Part shown: one piece after another, positions 18,748 to 29,000 of the stretch | Position numbering within the stretch: the first letter of the stretch is position 1 | How the letters are laid out: each line of letters starts with the position of its first letter | Assembly (NCBI GenBank): GCA_002499195.1 | Contig: DAKS01000018.1 | Span: 24,905-88,904 of the forward strand | Reading direction: 5' to 3' | DNA length: 64,000 bases | Source: Euryarchaeota archaeon UBA443 | GTDB lineage: Archaea; Thermoplasmatota; Poseidoniia; Poseidoniales; Poseidoniaceae | Position numbers and translations under genes: made by a program | Notes under the pieces: generated by a model | What the model was told of the DNA's origin: nothing | Database searches by the model: none | Seen by the model: only the letters and a program-made list of their open reading frames with translations

Positions 18748-21700
18748 ATGTCACTAAATCACAACCAAATGGCTTATGCTGCAATTATTTCAACATTGAT
18801 TTTTGGATCTCTTTTTGTAGGGATTAGCGGGTTCTATCAAACCTCATCAGGAGTTGGTGATTTTGATAGTGCAGCCGAAGATAACATCAATCCTGATGTC
18901 GAAATTACATCCGGTGACGCACTCGATGAAGACGGGGATGGTCTTCCTGACGTACTCGAATCTCAATACGGTACAGATCCAAAAGATCGTGACACAGATA
19001 AAGACGGGATGAGTGATGGTTGGGAAGTTGAACATGGCTTGAATCCACTCGATAGTGGTGAAGCGGAAGAGGCGGAGGAAGACCCTGGCTCAACCAACAC
19101 AGCCGATGATGCTGAAGTCAGTAACGAAAGCGATTCATGGCCGGATCCAACACAAGGAAAATACGGTGACCCAGATAACGATGGTCTGACCAATGAACAA
19201 GAAGCAGAACTCGGCACCGACCCTCAGCGTGCTGACACAGATAACGATGGTTTGAATGACCGCTGGGAATCACTTTACACAATGAACGTCTCTTCCCCTG
19301 ATGGAACTGTTATGTTGTTCAATCCATTGTCTGGTAACTGGGATTGTACACTTCTCAACGGACCATTGGAACAAACTCTCGCAGACATACTCGAAGATTT
19401 CGAAGGTGCTCCTACATGGTCGGAACTTGAAAACCCACTCGGCAAACATTCCTGTGATCAAGTTCTCGATTTCGATGATGACGGATTACTTAATTTCCAA
19501 GAAGAGGAATACGGCACTAACCCTGCTGCTAAGGACTCGGACGATGACATGCTACCCGATATTCTAGAAGTCAATAATGCAAACATGATTCTTGATTTCC
19601 AACTCGGAGCAACTTGTGGTGAGCCAGTAATTACCCCTCCTTCCCAGCGACTTCCTACAATGGCGCCATTTGCTGATGAAGTAAGCGCTTCGTGGTTCCT
19701 TTCGGATATGGATGGAGATGGATACCTGAATGGCCCTAGTGATTGGGATACCGATGGCGATGGAATGCCTGACGGATTCGAGTACTGTTTCTCATTCAAG
19801 GAGAACCATCCAAGCGCTACCAATAATCCTCCGAAAGCACAATCTGAGCGACTAAGCCCCTCTAATGCGTCTGACGGTTACAGTGATTGGGACGAGGATG
19901 GTTTGAACAATCTTGAAGAATATCAGGTTGCTCTAAAATTTGGTCTCCACAATGGCCTTCCATCGTTTACCTCGCCATGGGCCGAGGATACAGATCAGGA
20001 CGGAATGCCTGATGGATGGGAGGCAACGCAATACAATCGTACCACTCTCGAATATCCATTGAATCCAAGAAATGCAAGCAATGCAAACGACGATATCGAC
20101 TTTGATGGTTGGGACTCGGATGGAGATGGTGATGTTGTCTTTGATGAACTTGAACTTACAACAACCGTTGTTGATGTTTACGTTGAAAAAGGTGACCCGG
20201 TATCAGCAAATACAACAGTTGCTCGTGGCCAGTACACACTTGGTGGTGGAAATAAGCAAACTGTTTACCTAGTTGCTCCTGTTGATGGTTATGTTTACGA
20301 CATCAACGTTGCGCCGGGCGATCAAATCGAATCGAGACTATTCGTTTGGATGAATGTCGTTGAAGAATCTGAGAGATTTACTAATTTAATGGAGTATGAA
20401 GCTCGCTTTGATGAGAACGGAAATTCAATAGGTCGTTCAACAGACCCAACGCATGGAGATACTGACCTAGACGGTCTTCTCGATGGAATTGAAGTTGGTG
20501 GATGGGAAATACTCGTTGTCAACCGCGGTGTACAATTGACATGGGTTGTTTCCGATCCAGGCCTTGCAGATACTGATTCAGATGGATTGTCAGACTTTGT
20601 AGAATTTTCATCGACTTGTGATGGCCAAGGATCAAATGCATCAAATGTCGACACTGATGGTGATGGTGAAAGTGACCAACAGGAAGTTATGCTCGGTTAC
20701 ATATTCAACGGTGAACAATACTTCACATCGGCATGTATGTTTGATACAGACAATGATGGTCTCGAAGATGGGGAGGAAGTTATTGCTGGTGCAGACAACT
20801 TCGTGACACACGCCAATAACTCGGACACGGATAGCGATGGCCTTATTGACGGTAATGAAATTCTTTTCATCCCCCGTCCATTCCAACATGAAACAAATCC
20901 ACTGATCAACGACACAGACGCGGATGGTATGTTGGACGGTTGGGAAATGCAAGTTAAATCGACAGAGGATAATACAAACTCTCACTCGCTGTGGGTTGCC
21001 GTTTCCAATTGGGATCGTCCTGGATGCACTGAGAGCACATCCAACAGTTGTCTTATGGAACCAGGCGGTTATGTTTGGATTAACTGGCTAGGTGGTTTCG
21101 AATTGCAAAAGAAATACGAAGTCCATGAAATGAATCTCTCTGGATTTGATTTACCAGGCAACACACTCTGCGATGGATGCAAGGGTCGATGGGCGCTTGA
21201 TCCTTCTCTTAACTCTCTCAAGGACGATACCTACGATATTGACAACGACACACTTCCTAACGGTGCTGAATCCCCATCTAACTGGAATACGAATCCTGTT
21301 GATGATGACACTGATGGTGATAAATTGCCTGATGGTTGGGAAGTCAGGTATTCCTATGAGGCCATCAACAACAACCTCGTTGATAATGCGACGATTAATG
21401 CATATGGGGCACGCGGTGTTATGGATCCATCCATGGCCGATAGCGACCTTGATGGTATCAATGATGGTGAGGAGGACCCTGACATGGATGGACTGAACAG
21501 AACAGGACTCATCAAGAAGTACTGCTCAGGATACAACGATTCAACCAATGCGGACTGCAACATAAACCCTGATACTCCAGATGGAATGAAATTCTACAAT
21601 AACCTTGAGAATTATACTAATTTTGAGGAATTGCAAAATGGAACCAATCCGGTAAGTAATGATACAGATGGAGATGCATGGGAAGATGGCCCTGAAGTTT

Positions 21701-21906
21701 ACTACATGGACCACGATGATGATGGTATGGCTACTGGTTGGGAGTATCACTTCGAATTTGATCCATTCGATGGTGCTGATCGTTTGGTCGATAGTGACGG
21801 AGATGGTCACACGAATTACTGTGAATTCAAATGGGATACGAACCCTCGTAACCCAGTCAGTTTCCCTGGACAAGGTGAATTGTGCGACCCATTTGAAGGC
21901 CAGTGA
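18748..21906 (+). CDS. Giant exported protein built of thrombospondin type-3-like calcium-binding repeats
   Basis: N-terminal hydrophobic helix (AAIISTLIFGSLFVGISGF). Dozens of D-x-D-x-DG-x-x-D-x-x-E units follow (DEDGDGLPDVLE, DTDKDGMSDGWE, DPDNDGLTNEQE, DTDNDGLNDRWE and others). 1052 aa and very acidic. Confidence 0.75.
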   Translation: MSLNHNQMAYAAIISTLIFGSLFVGISGFYQTSSGVGDFDSAAEDNINPDVEITSGDALDEDGDGLPDVLESQYGTDPKDRDTDKDGMSDGWEVEHGLNPLDSGEAEEAEEDPGSTNTADDAEVSNESDSWPDPTQGKYGDPDNDGLTNEQEAELGTDPQRADTDNDGLNDRWESLYTMNVSSPDGTVMLFNPLSGNWDCTLLNGPLEQTLADILEDFEGAPTWSELENPLGKHSCDQVLDFDDDGLLNFQEEEYGTNPAAKDSDDDMLPDILEVNNANMILDFQLGATCGEPVITPPSQRLPTMAPFADEVSASWFLSDMDGDGYLNGPSDWDTDGDGMPDGFEYCFSFKENHPSATNNPPKAQSERLSPSNASDGYSDWDEDGLNNLEEYQVALKFGLHNGLPSFTSPWAEDTDQDGMPDGWEATQYNRTTLEYPLNPRNASNANDDIDFDGWDSDGDGDVVFDELELTTTVVDVYVEKGDPVSANTTVARGQYTLGGGNKQTVYLVAPVDGYVYDINVAPGDQIESRLFVWMNVVEESERFTNLMEYEARFDENGNSIGRSTDPTHGDTDLDGLLDGIEVGGWEILVVNRGVQLTWVVSDPGLADTDSDGLSDFVEFSSTCDGQGSNASNVDTDGDGESDQQEVMLGYIFNGEQYFTSACMFDTDNDGLEDGEEVIAGADNFVTHANNSDTDSDGLIDGNEILFIPRPFQHETNPLINDTDADGMLDGWEMQVKSTEDNTNSHSLWVAVSNWDRPGCTESTSNSCLMEPGGYVWINWLGGFELQKKYEVHEMNLSGFDLPGNTLCDGCKGRWALDPSLNSLKDDTYDIDNDTLPNGAESPSNWNTNPVDDDTDGDKLPDGWEVRYSYEAINNNLVDNATINAYGARGVMDPSMADSDLDGINDGEEDPDMDGLNRTGLIKKYCSGYNDSTNADCNINPDTPDGMKFYNNLENYTNFEELQNGTNPVSNDTDGDAWEDGPEVYYMDHDDDGMATGWEYHFEFDPFDGADRLVDSDGDGHTNYCEFKWDTNPRNPVSFPGQGELCDPFEGQ

Positions 21907-21909
21907 AGT

Positions 21910-23442
21910 ATGTTGAGCAAGACCAAAACAGCTATTTTTCTTGTTTTGTGCCTGTTGCTGACATTGCTTTTACCAACTAGTGTTTCAAATGAAACAGAAA
22001 ATTATCCAGTTTTCACATTTGACCAAGAAGATGGATATCATGTTGATTCAGAACTAAATCTATCTGGTCAGTCATCGTTTCCGTTAACTTCTATTGAAAT
22101 TAGTATATGGAATATATCTCTACCCGATCAGTGGTCTCAACTGTCTTCTAACCCATTCTTGGATTCCGTAGTCCCATTTACTGATGAAGTAACAGATTCC
22201 ACGATGTGGTCTTGGCAGCATTCGTATAATCTAAGTTCTGTTGACTGTACATGTTATGTCGAAATTTCATTAATGGAACATACGAATTTAACCTCATTCG
22301 GTCTTATTGTCTACGTGGGAGATGAGCATCATCGTCCAGTACTTCGACCATCGTCGACAGTAGATCTGAGCCAGTTCCATTCAACACAGATATTCAATTC
22401 CAATTCTATTGATTTGGCATATGAAGTACTCATTCCACCTTCTCACTCAGAACCGGGAACTACAATGGGATTGAATATAATTCCCGATGTGAGAATATGT
22501 CCAGTATCCAATGGAATCTGCTTGGAGAGTTATGTTAGCATTGCTACGAGTGATGCATCATTCGATGAAGAATTGCAATTGGTTGTTGATATGGATAATA
22601 GTTTAATCGATGATGGATTCTATTTGCTCCAAGTGCAAATTCAGGATGAATTTCTTAAACTTTCAAATAACCTAACACAATTCGTAATCATCGATCAAAC
22701 CGAGCCAACTGTTGAACTAACGGCTGTTGAGCAAGTCTTTGAATCGGAATCAATAGTCGTTGATATTGATGTCAATGATGGTTACATTGGCTCTACGTTT
22801 GTCATAACATGGACTATAACAGAACCTGATGGAACCCCTCGTTCAGTTTTGGATTCGGAAATTCTTGAGGATAGTCGCCTTGGATTTAAACCAACGAAAT
22901 CTGGCCAATATAGCGTCAATGCACTAGTCCGGGATTTAGGGGGTCATTTAGTTGTGGTCAATCATAATGTTTCAGTATTCAACATTGCTCCAGACGCAGT
23001 TGTCAGGTATGATGGATTTCTAGTACAAGATGGATCTCAAGTCACAATTCCTCAATCAGGCAATTGGGTCTTCAGTGCAAATGAATCAACAGACTCTGAG
23101 AGTGATATAATATCACTTGAGTATTATTGGTATGTTGATGGAAAGACCTTGTTGAGCGGTAAATCATATCTCACTTCATCCGATATACAAGCAACAACAT
23201 ATCGTGAAATCCGTGTTGAAGTCGTTGATGATGATGGTGAATCAAGCAACTTGTCGTTTGATGTAATCCATCAACAAAGTGAGTCGTTAGAATCATTTGC
23301 AGATACAACCTTGGCTTCGATGATATCTTTGTTTTTCATTCTCTTTATTGCTATCATTGTCTTTATGCGTCAACGAGGCCAATCTGATAAGAGTTCAGGA
23401 TTTGTCAAATGGACTGAGCGTGGCAAGAAGCCAAAGAATTGA
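21910..23442 (+). CDS. Exported PKD/Ig-like domain protein with C-terminal membrane anchor
   Basis: Starts 3 nt after the preceding stop. Signal-like N-terminus (IFLVLCLLLTLLLPTSVS) and a PKD-like stretch FSANESTDSESDIISLEYYWYVDGKT. C-terminal helix SLFFILFIAIIVFM followed by RQRG. Confidence 0.55.
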   Translation: MLSKTKTAIFLVLCLLLTLLLPTSVSNETENYPVFTFDQEDGYHVDSELNLSGQSSFPLTSIEISIWNISLPDQWSQLSSNPFLDSVVPFTDEVTDSTMWSWQHSYNLSSVDCTCYVEISLMEHTNLTSFGLIVYVGDEHHRPVLRPSSTVDLSQFHSTQIFNSNSIDLAYEVLIPPSHSEPGTTMGLNIIPDVRICPVSNGICLESYVSIATSDASFDEELQLVVDMDNSLIDDGFYLLQVQIQDEFLKLSNNLTQFVIIDQTEPTVELTAVEQVFESESIVVDIDVNDGYIGSTFVITWTITEPDGTPRSVLDSEILEDSRLGFKPTKSGQYSVNALVRDLGGHLVVVNHNVSVFNIAPDAVVRYDGFLVQDGSQVTIPQSGNWVFSANESTDSESDIISLEYYWYVDGKTLLSGKSYLTSSDIQATTYREIRVEVVDDDGESSNLSFDVIHQQSESLESFADTTLASMISLFFILFIAIIVFMRQRGQSDKSSGFVKWTERGKKPKN

Positions 23443-23481
23443 TTAAAGAACTGTGACGGTTGGACATACATAGTGGGTGCC

Positions 23482-24849
23482 ATGTTTGATGCAGCATTTG
23501 AAGCGTTGCCTGAGAAGCCACGTGCAATTTCCAAGGAGTTGTATCGTGAACGCCAGAAGCGTTTACTATCACAGTTTGATGTTGGAGATCTTGTCATAAT
23601 ATCTTCATTACCTGAAGCAACACGAAGCAACGACGTTCACTATCCTTATCGTTCATCCAGCGACATGCTCTACATGTGTGGATGGACCGATCCCGAGGCG
23701 ACATTGATGTTTTACCATGAAGATGGTCAATGGATATCTCACATCTTTGTACAGCCAAAGGACACATTGATGGAAATTTGGGAAGGACGTCGACATGGTG
23801 TCGAAGGTGCTCTCAAGGATTGGGCGGTAGACAAGGCAGATTCTTCTGAAGAAGTTCTATCTCATCTAGACCGAATTCTTGAATCATCGGTACGTGTCCA
23901 TGTTCGAACTGGAATAAATCCGGATATTGATGCTCTGGTTATGACCGCTGTAAAGAAACGTGATCGTAAGCGTCAGCATTTCGGTTCAGGTCCAATAAGT
24001 GTTGAAGATCCAAGTCGACGAATCGCAGAGATGCGGTTACGAAAATCGGACGAAGAAATTCAACAAATGCGCTATGCTGCTGAAGTTTCTTCCAAAGCTC
24101 ATGAATTGGCTATGGCAGCGAGTAAAGATGGAATTCATGAATTTCAAATTCAGTCGATCATCGAAGGATTCTTTGTCTATGGTGGAACCAGTGGGTGGGC
24201 ATACCCATCTATAGTTGGTTGTGGAGAGAATGCTACAATTCTCCATTATACGGTCAACAACTCTCCTTGTCAATCCGATGAGATAATTCTCATTGATGCA
24301 GGCGCTGAGTACGAGGGATATGCTGCAGATATTACACGCTCATGGCCTATTGGTGGAGTATTTTCGGACGCTCAGAAAGAAATTTATGAGGTTGTTCTCG
24401 ATGCTCAAGAAAAAGCAATTGATGTTTGTCGTGTTGGTAATCCATACAATATGCCTCATGAGGTTGCATGCAGAGCTCTTGCGGAAGGTCTAATTCGACT
24501 TGGAGTGATAAGCCAATCTGTCGAGGAGGCCCTTGATATGGAATCTGGTGAACTTCGAAGGTGGTACATGCATAATACTGGCCATTGGCTTGGTCTTGAT
24601 GTTCATGATGTTGGAACCTACAAGCCTGACGGTTCTCCACGTCTCTTAGAGGCTGGAATGGTACTTACGGTTGAACCAGGTCTCTATTTCGGAGCGTGGC
24701 GTCCTGACGTGGACTGCCCAGAACGATATGCAAATATTGGTATTCGAATTGAAGATGATGTTCTAGTCACTGATGGAGATCCTGATGTCCTTACAGGGTC
24801 ATGTCCAAAAACAATTGATGATATTGAACGAATCGTTGGTAGCCTTTGA
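23482..24849 (+). CDS. pepP: Xaa-Pro aminopeptidase (peptidase M24B)
   Basis: HYPYRSSSDMLYMCGW, with metal ligands in IDAGAEYEGYAADITRSWP, HNTGHWLGLDVHD, TVEPGLY and IRIEDDVLVT. The ATG at 23482 lies 9 nt inside the GTG ORF start. Confidence 0.85.
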   Translation: MFDAAFEALPEKPRAISKELYRERQKRLLSQFDVGDLVIISSLPEATRSNDVHYPYRSSSDMLYMCGWTDPEATLMFYHEDGQWISHIFVQPKDTLMEIWEGRRHGVEGALKDWAVDKADSSEEVLSHLDRILESSVRVHVRTGINPDIDALVMTAVKKRDRKRQHFGSGPISVEDPSRRIAEMRLRKSDEEIQQMRYAAEVSSKAHELAMAASKDGIHEFQIQSIIEGFFVYGGTSGWAYPSIVGCGENATILHYTVNNSPCQSDEIILIDAGAEYEGYAADITRSWPIGGVFSDAQKEIYEVVLDAQEKAIDVCRVGNPYNMPHEVACRALAEGLIRLGVISQSVEEALDMESGELRRWYMHNTGHWLGLDVHDVGTYKPDGSPRLLEAGMVLTVEPGLYFGAWRPDVDCPERYANIGIRIEDDVLVTDGDPDVLTGSCPKTIDDIERIVGSL

Positions 24850-24858
24850 GGTGGCCTT

Positions 24859-26043
24859 ATGGCTTGGAATGAAATTCTTGAACGGGTAGAGTCCTCGACC
24901 GAGATTTTCCGTCTTTCTGTTGAAGATTGTATCGAGTTATACGATAATGCTCCTCTTCATCAATTAATGGCAGCCGCACATCATCGTAGAACACTTCATA
25001 ACCCTACAAATGAAGTTACTTACCTCGTTGATCGAAACATCAACTACACCAATGTCTGTACTATTAACTGCCAGTTTTGTTCGTTTTACAGACCTCCTGG
25101 TCATGAAGAAACATACACTCAATCCTATGATGAAATTCATAATCGTATCCATGAATTGGAGGCGATTGGTGGTTCTCGAATTCTGATGCAGGGAGGTGTT
25201 AATCCTTCACTCGATTTCGAATGGTACATCGATCTCATCAAAGAATTACGAGAACAGCATCCAACTATTGACTTGGATTGCTTCTCTCCTATTGAAATTG
25301 AAGGTATTGCTGAAGTGACTAGACTCTCCACGCAAGAAGTTCTTGTTCGACTCAAAGATGCAGGAATGCATGGATTACCTGGAGGTGGTGCTGAGATGCT
25401 TGTCGAAACTGTTCGCAAAGATGTTTCACCAAAGAAAGGACATCCAGATAATTGGCTAAGAGTGATGAAAGAAGCCCAACTTCTTGGATTGACTACAAGT
25501 GCGACAAACGTGATTGGTTTTGGTGAAACGAATGCAGATAGAGTCCAACATCTCAAGCGAATCCGTACTCAGCAGGATGAGGTTTTGAAACAAGGTCTAA
25601 CTGGATTTACATCCTTCATCGCATGGCCAGTTCAATTGGAAACAAACAGCTTTGGAAAACGTAATCGAGGCCAAAATAAATTTGAACGTGGTGCAGGACC
25701 TACCGAATATCTTCGTCATGTTGCAATTTCACGTTTGTTTTTGGACAACGTGAATCACATTCAAGCATCTTGGCCGACGATGGGGATGAGCATTGCTCAG
25801 ATGGCTCTCCTAGCGGGAGCAGATGATGCAGGTTCCACGATGATGGAAGAAAATGTCGTATCTGCCTCTGGTACATCGAAATTAAGTGCAACGGAGTACG
25901 AACTTCAATTGTCTATCAAACGTGCAGGATTCATTCCAGTACGTAGAAACAGTGACTATAATCTTCTAGAAACTCCAAACGCTCTTATCGAGGCTCCAGA
26001 GGTAAAATGTCACCCTCCGATTCATGCTGTTGAATTGGTATAG
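24859..26043 (+). CDS. Radical SAM enzyme of the futalosine-pathway MqnC/MqnE (CofH-like) family
   Basis: DRNINYTNVCTINCQFCSFYRP (CxxxCxxC cluster), GGGAEML, GFTSFIAWP, ISRLFLDNVNHIQASW and DDAGSTMMEENV. I cannot tell MqnC from MqnE by eye. Confidence 0.7.
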   Translation: MAWNEILERVESSTEIFRLSVEDCIELYDNAPLHQLMAAAHHRRTLHNPTNEVTYLVDRNINYTNVCTINCQFCSFYRPPGHEETYTQSYDEIHNRIHELEAIGGSRILMQGGVNPSLDFEWYIDLIKELREQHPTIDLDCFSPIEIEGIAEVTRLSTQEVLVRLKDAGMHGLPGGGAEMLVETVRKDVSPKKGHPDNWLRVMKEAQLLGLTTSATNVIGFGETNADRVQHLKRIRTQQDEVLKQGLTGFTSFIAWPVQLETNSFGKRNRGQNKFERGAGPTEYLRHVAISRLFLDNVNHIQASWPTMGMSIAQMALLAGADDAGSTMMEENVVSASGTSKLSATEYELQLSIKRAGFIPVRRNSDYNLLETPNALIEAPEVKCHPPIHAVELV

Positions 26044-29000
26044 AATACGACCCAAATCTCTGCAACAATGTTTCTTCCACCTTTACTTGATTCTCCTGTG
26101 GGATTGTATTCTTGCCCGTTGAATAAACCACGATATGTTAATTCGTTAACCTGTCCATTCATGTCTACCCATGATGTAATATCATAACTCCATTGTTTAA
26201 CATCTTGGCCAGCACACCAGCCTGCACGTCCATAGGGCCACGAACCGAATTGATTGGCAACGACTCCATTGCTCACTTCGTTTTCACAACCGGTACTTGA
26301 GTAGACGATTGGATGCCATTCGTATGTCTGATGAGAACCCATGTAGTAATAATGTTGATGATCACAAAATTCTGCACAGTTCGCATCATCCTTTTGGAAA
26401 CCATGACCTGTAATAGTTGCAACGATTTCGACTCTTGTTGTTTCGCTAGGAACTGTGAAATTTAGGCTCCTAACATATCGACTTTCATTATTGTAAGTAC
26501 CATCGAATTCTCCACCAGTAAACCCAAATTCTGCATCAAATGCTCGCTCACCACTTCCCCAATTGGAGAATAGGAATTTGATCGTCATATCTCCTTTATT
26601 CGCTCCTTTGTAACGGAATCTTCGATCTTGGTCTTCTTCAAGCATGAACAGGTAAGGACTGATGTCGGTCAACCAGCGACCTTCGCGTCCATATGTTGTA
26701 ATCCAACGCACAAATTCTGTACCACAAACAGATGAATTATCAGCATCGCATATGTAGAGATGAGCAAGATAATCCCATTCATGACAACCCCCATAGTTTC
26801 CATCACTTTTCTGATACCGATTACTTCGTTCATCGCAAGCATGCTCATGGAATACTTCTAGTGTATCGTATGAACTTAAGTTATCAGGTAAACTGAATGT
26901 TGCATTACGGTAGGAATTGTGGTTTGCTTGCCATCCACCAGAATGTCGCTCGAAATCGTAAAGTGTCACCACATCGATTCCTGTATCCTGCATTCTGATT
27001 TCTGGTTCAAACTCAGCATTCCACTGATGAGGTTCGTATGTGTAGTGGAATGGATCATTTGTTTGAGATACCCATGCGTAAATTGAGCCAGTATCGCGTG
27101 CTCTCTGGAATCGATCAATCCCCATAAAAAAGGGACTATTGAAGTTTGAAATCATTTCACCAAGCCCACCTTGGATGTTACTAGCGTCCATATCAATGTA
27201 GTGAATTCGACCATCCCATTTCTCTTCCTCACTCGGATTTAGACGTGTCTCAACATCGCTTTTTCGTGAAAGTATATCGTTATGGTATGAAGAATCAAAC
27301 GAACCGTAGAACAAATGAGTGTTGTCTGGTAAATTGCGAATGAAGGTTCCAGGATTAGTTGACCATGTTCCTGAATTTGAGTTTCCACTACTATCTGTAT
27401 ACTTGAACATGAAGAGATATACATCGTTACCAGTCCACTTGTTTTGGAATGTAAACGTTCCATCAAGTGTAGGTACTGTGAAGGTTGGAACAATATCCAT
27501 TGGACCATTTACAGACGTTCCTGCTGTCCATTGTACAGGCTTTTGTACAATTGCACATCCATCCGTATCGATTGTCCAACGCTCAGGGCTATCGGCACAT
27601 ATGTCGACGTTAGCAAAAACCCCATCTCCATCAAGATCTGCACATCCAAATGAATTGACCTGCAATCCGCTTGGAGTTCCTTCGCATTGGTCGATAAAAT
27701 CATTCACTCCATCTGCGTCCGTATCACGTTCAACTGCGGCACAACCAAATTCGTCAACATCAACAGCTCCTAATGGTGTTGTTGGACATAAGTCGAGGGT
27801 TGCTCCCGTAGCATTAACGTCGTTGACATTGTCATTATCATCATCTAAATCTTCAGTGGAATCATAGCATCCATCCATATCAAAATCTGTAATTTGAGTT
27901 CGCTCGTACTGCCAATTTGAACGCCCTCTTGGACAGGCATCGGTTGAATCGTTTTCACCATCATTATCATCATCCAAATCTTCGAGTAAATCATTGCAGC
28001 CATCTTGATCCCAATCATTGTAGAGGTTTGCAGGCCAGTTCACTTCTCCGTTCAAACAAGAATCATCAACATCAGGAATTCCATCGCCATCATCATCCTC
28101 ATCATTACTATCGTCATGACATCCATCTTGATCTCTATCGTTTTCCAGCGTACTCAACCATCCAATGGTTGAAACACAACCATCATTGGAGTCCAATATT
28201 CCATCGTTATCATCATCAAGGTCTTCATCAAAATCTCGACAACCATCCTGGTCTGCATCACTAGGCAAATTCGATGCCCAACCATCCGATTCCCCTACTC
28301 CTTCAGGGCATAAATCGAGTTCATCAGTGATTCCATCACCATCAATATCGTTGTTAGCTTCAACAATGATTGTTATATTCCGATAATCTTCTGATAATGT
28401 ATATTGGCCACACTGAGCACTGATAGTCACTACAAAGGATTCTGTTCTCAAATCTAAATCAGTCAGAATTGATGTGAATGAGCCATCTGATTGGATTGTG
28501 AGAGAATTAGAATTGACTGTAGAATCTTCTTCAGGAACATCGATTTGGGCTAAACATGTGTTTAGGCTTTCATGCAAAACCTTTCCTTGAAGAACTAGCA
28601 TTGATGATTCAACAACAAGATATTGAGGGGCAACGAGTGAAGTTGTGCCTTCATCGGGTACAAGAATATCTACAGTATTCGACATTGTTATTTCATCGCC
28701 TTCTGAGGGGATAATTTTTACATCGATCTCATATATTCCGGGAGTATTTGGTAACAGAATTATTGAGATGTATGTCGGTTTTGTATTTATGCTCCAGTCG
28801 GATGAACTAATTGATTCATTTTCAAGTTTGATGTCAGAATCAATACTAAACGTACCTTCTCCAGTCGTTTCTAGTAGTATGCTCAATTCTAGGATTTCTC
28901 CAATCTCTCCTGTTACTGACTGTTTGTCCCAAGAAGCGGATATGCTATATGGAATCACAACAACCTGATCATCATCAACCTCTGTCTCCGATTCAGCGCC

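Noticed and set aside
18900-21800. Possible tandem DNA repeat or CRISPR-like array, suggested by the periodic gat...gat...gatgg pattern
   Set aside because: The periodicity is at the protein level (D-x-D-x-DG calcium-binding units). The nucleotide copies are degenerate and in-frame within one long ORF, and there are no identical direct repeats with unique spacers.
27319-27867. 182-aa plus-strand ORF, with neighbours at 27444..27653 and 27917..28264, inside the TSP3/PNGase F-like gene
   Set aside because: It is antisense to a strongly supported 1012-aa gene. Asp-rich GAT/GAC repeats leave the opposite strand free of stops, and the translation is low-complexity Ser/Val/His-rich with no motif. 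This is a shadow ORF.
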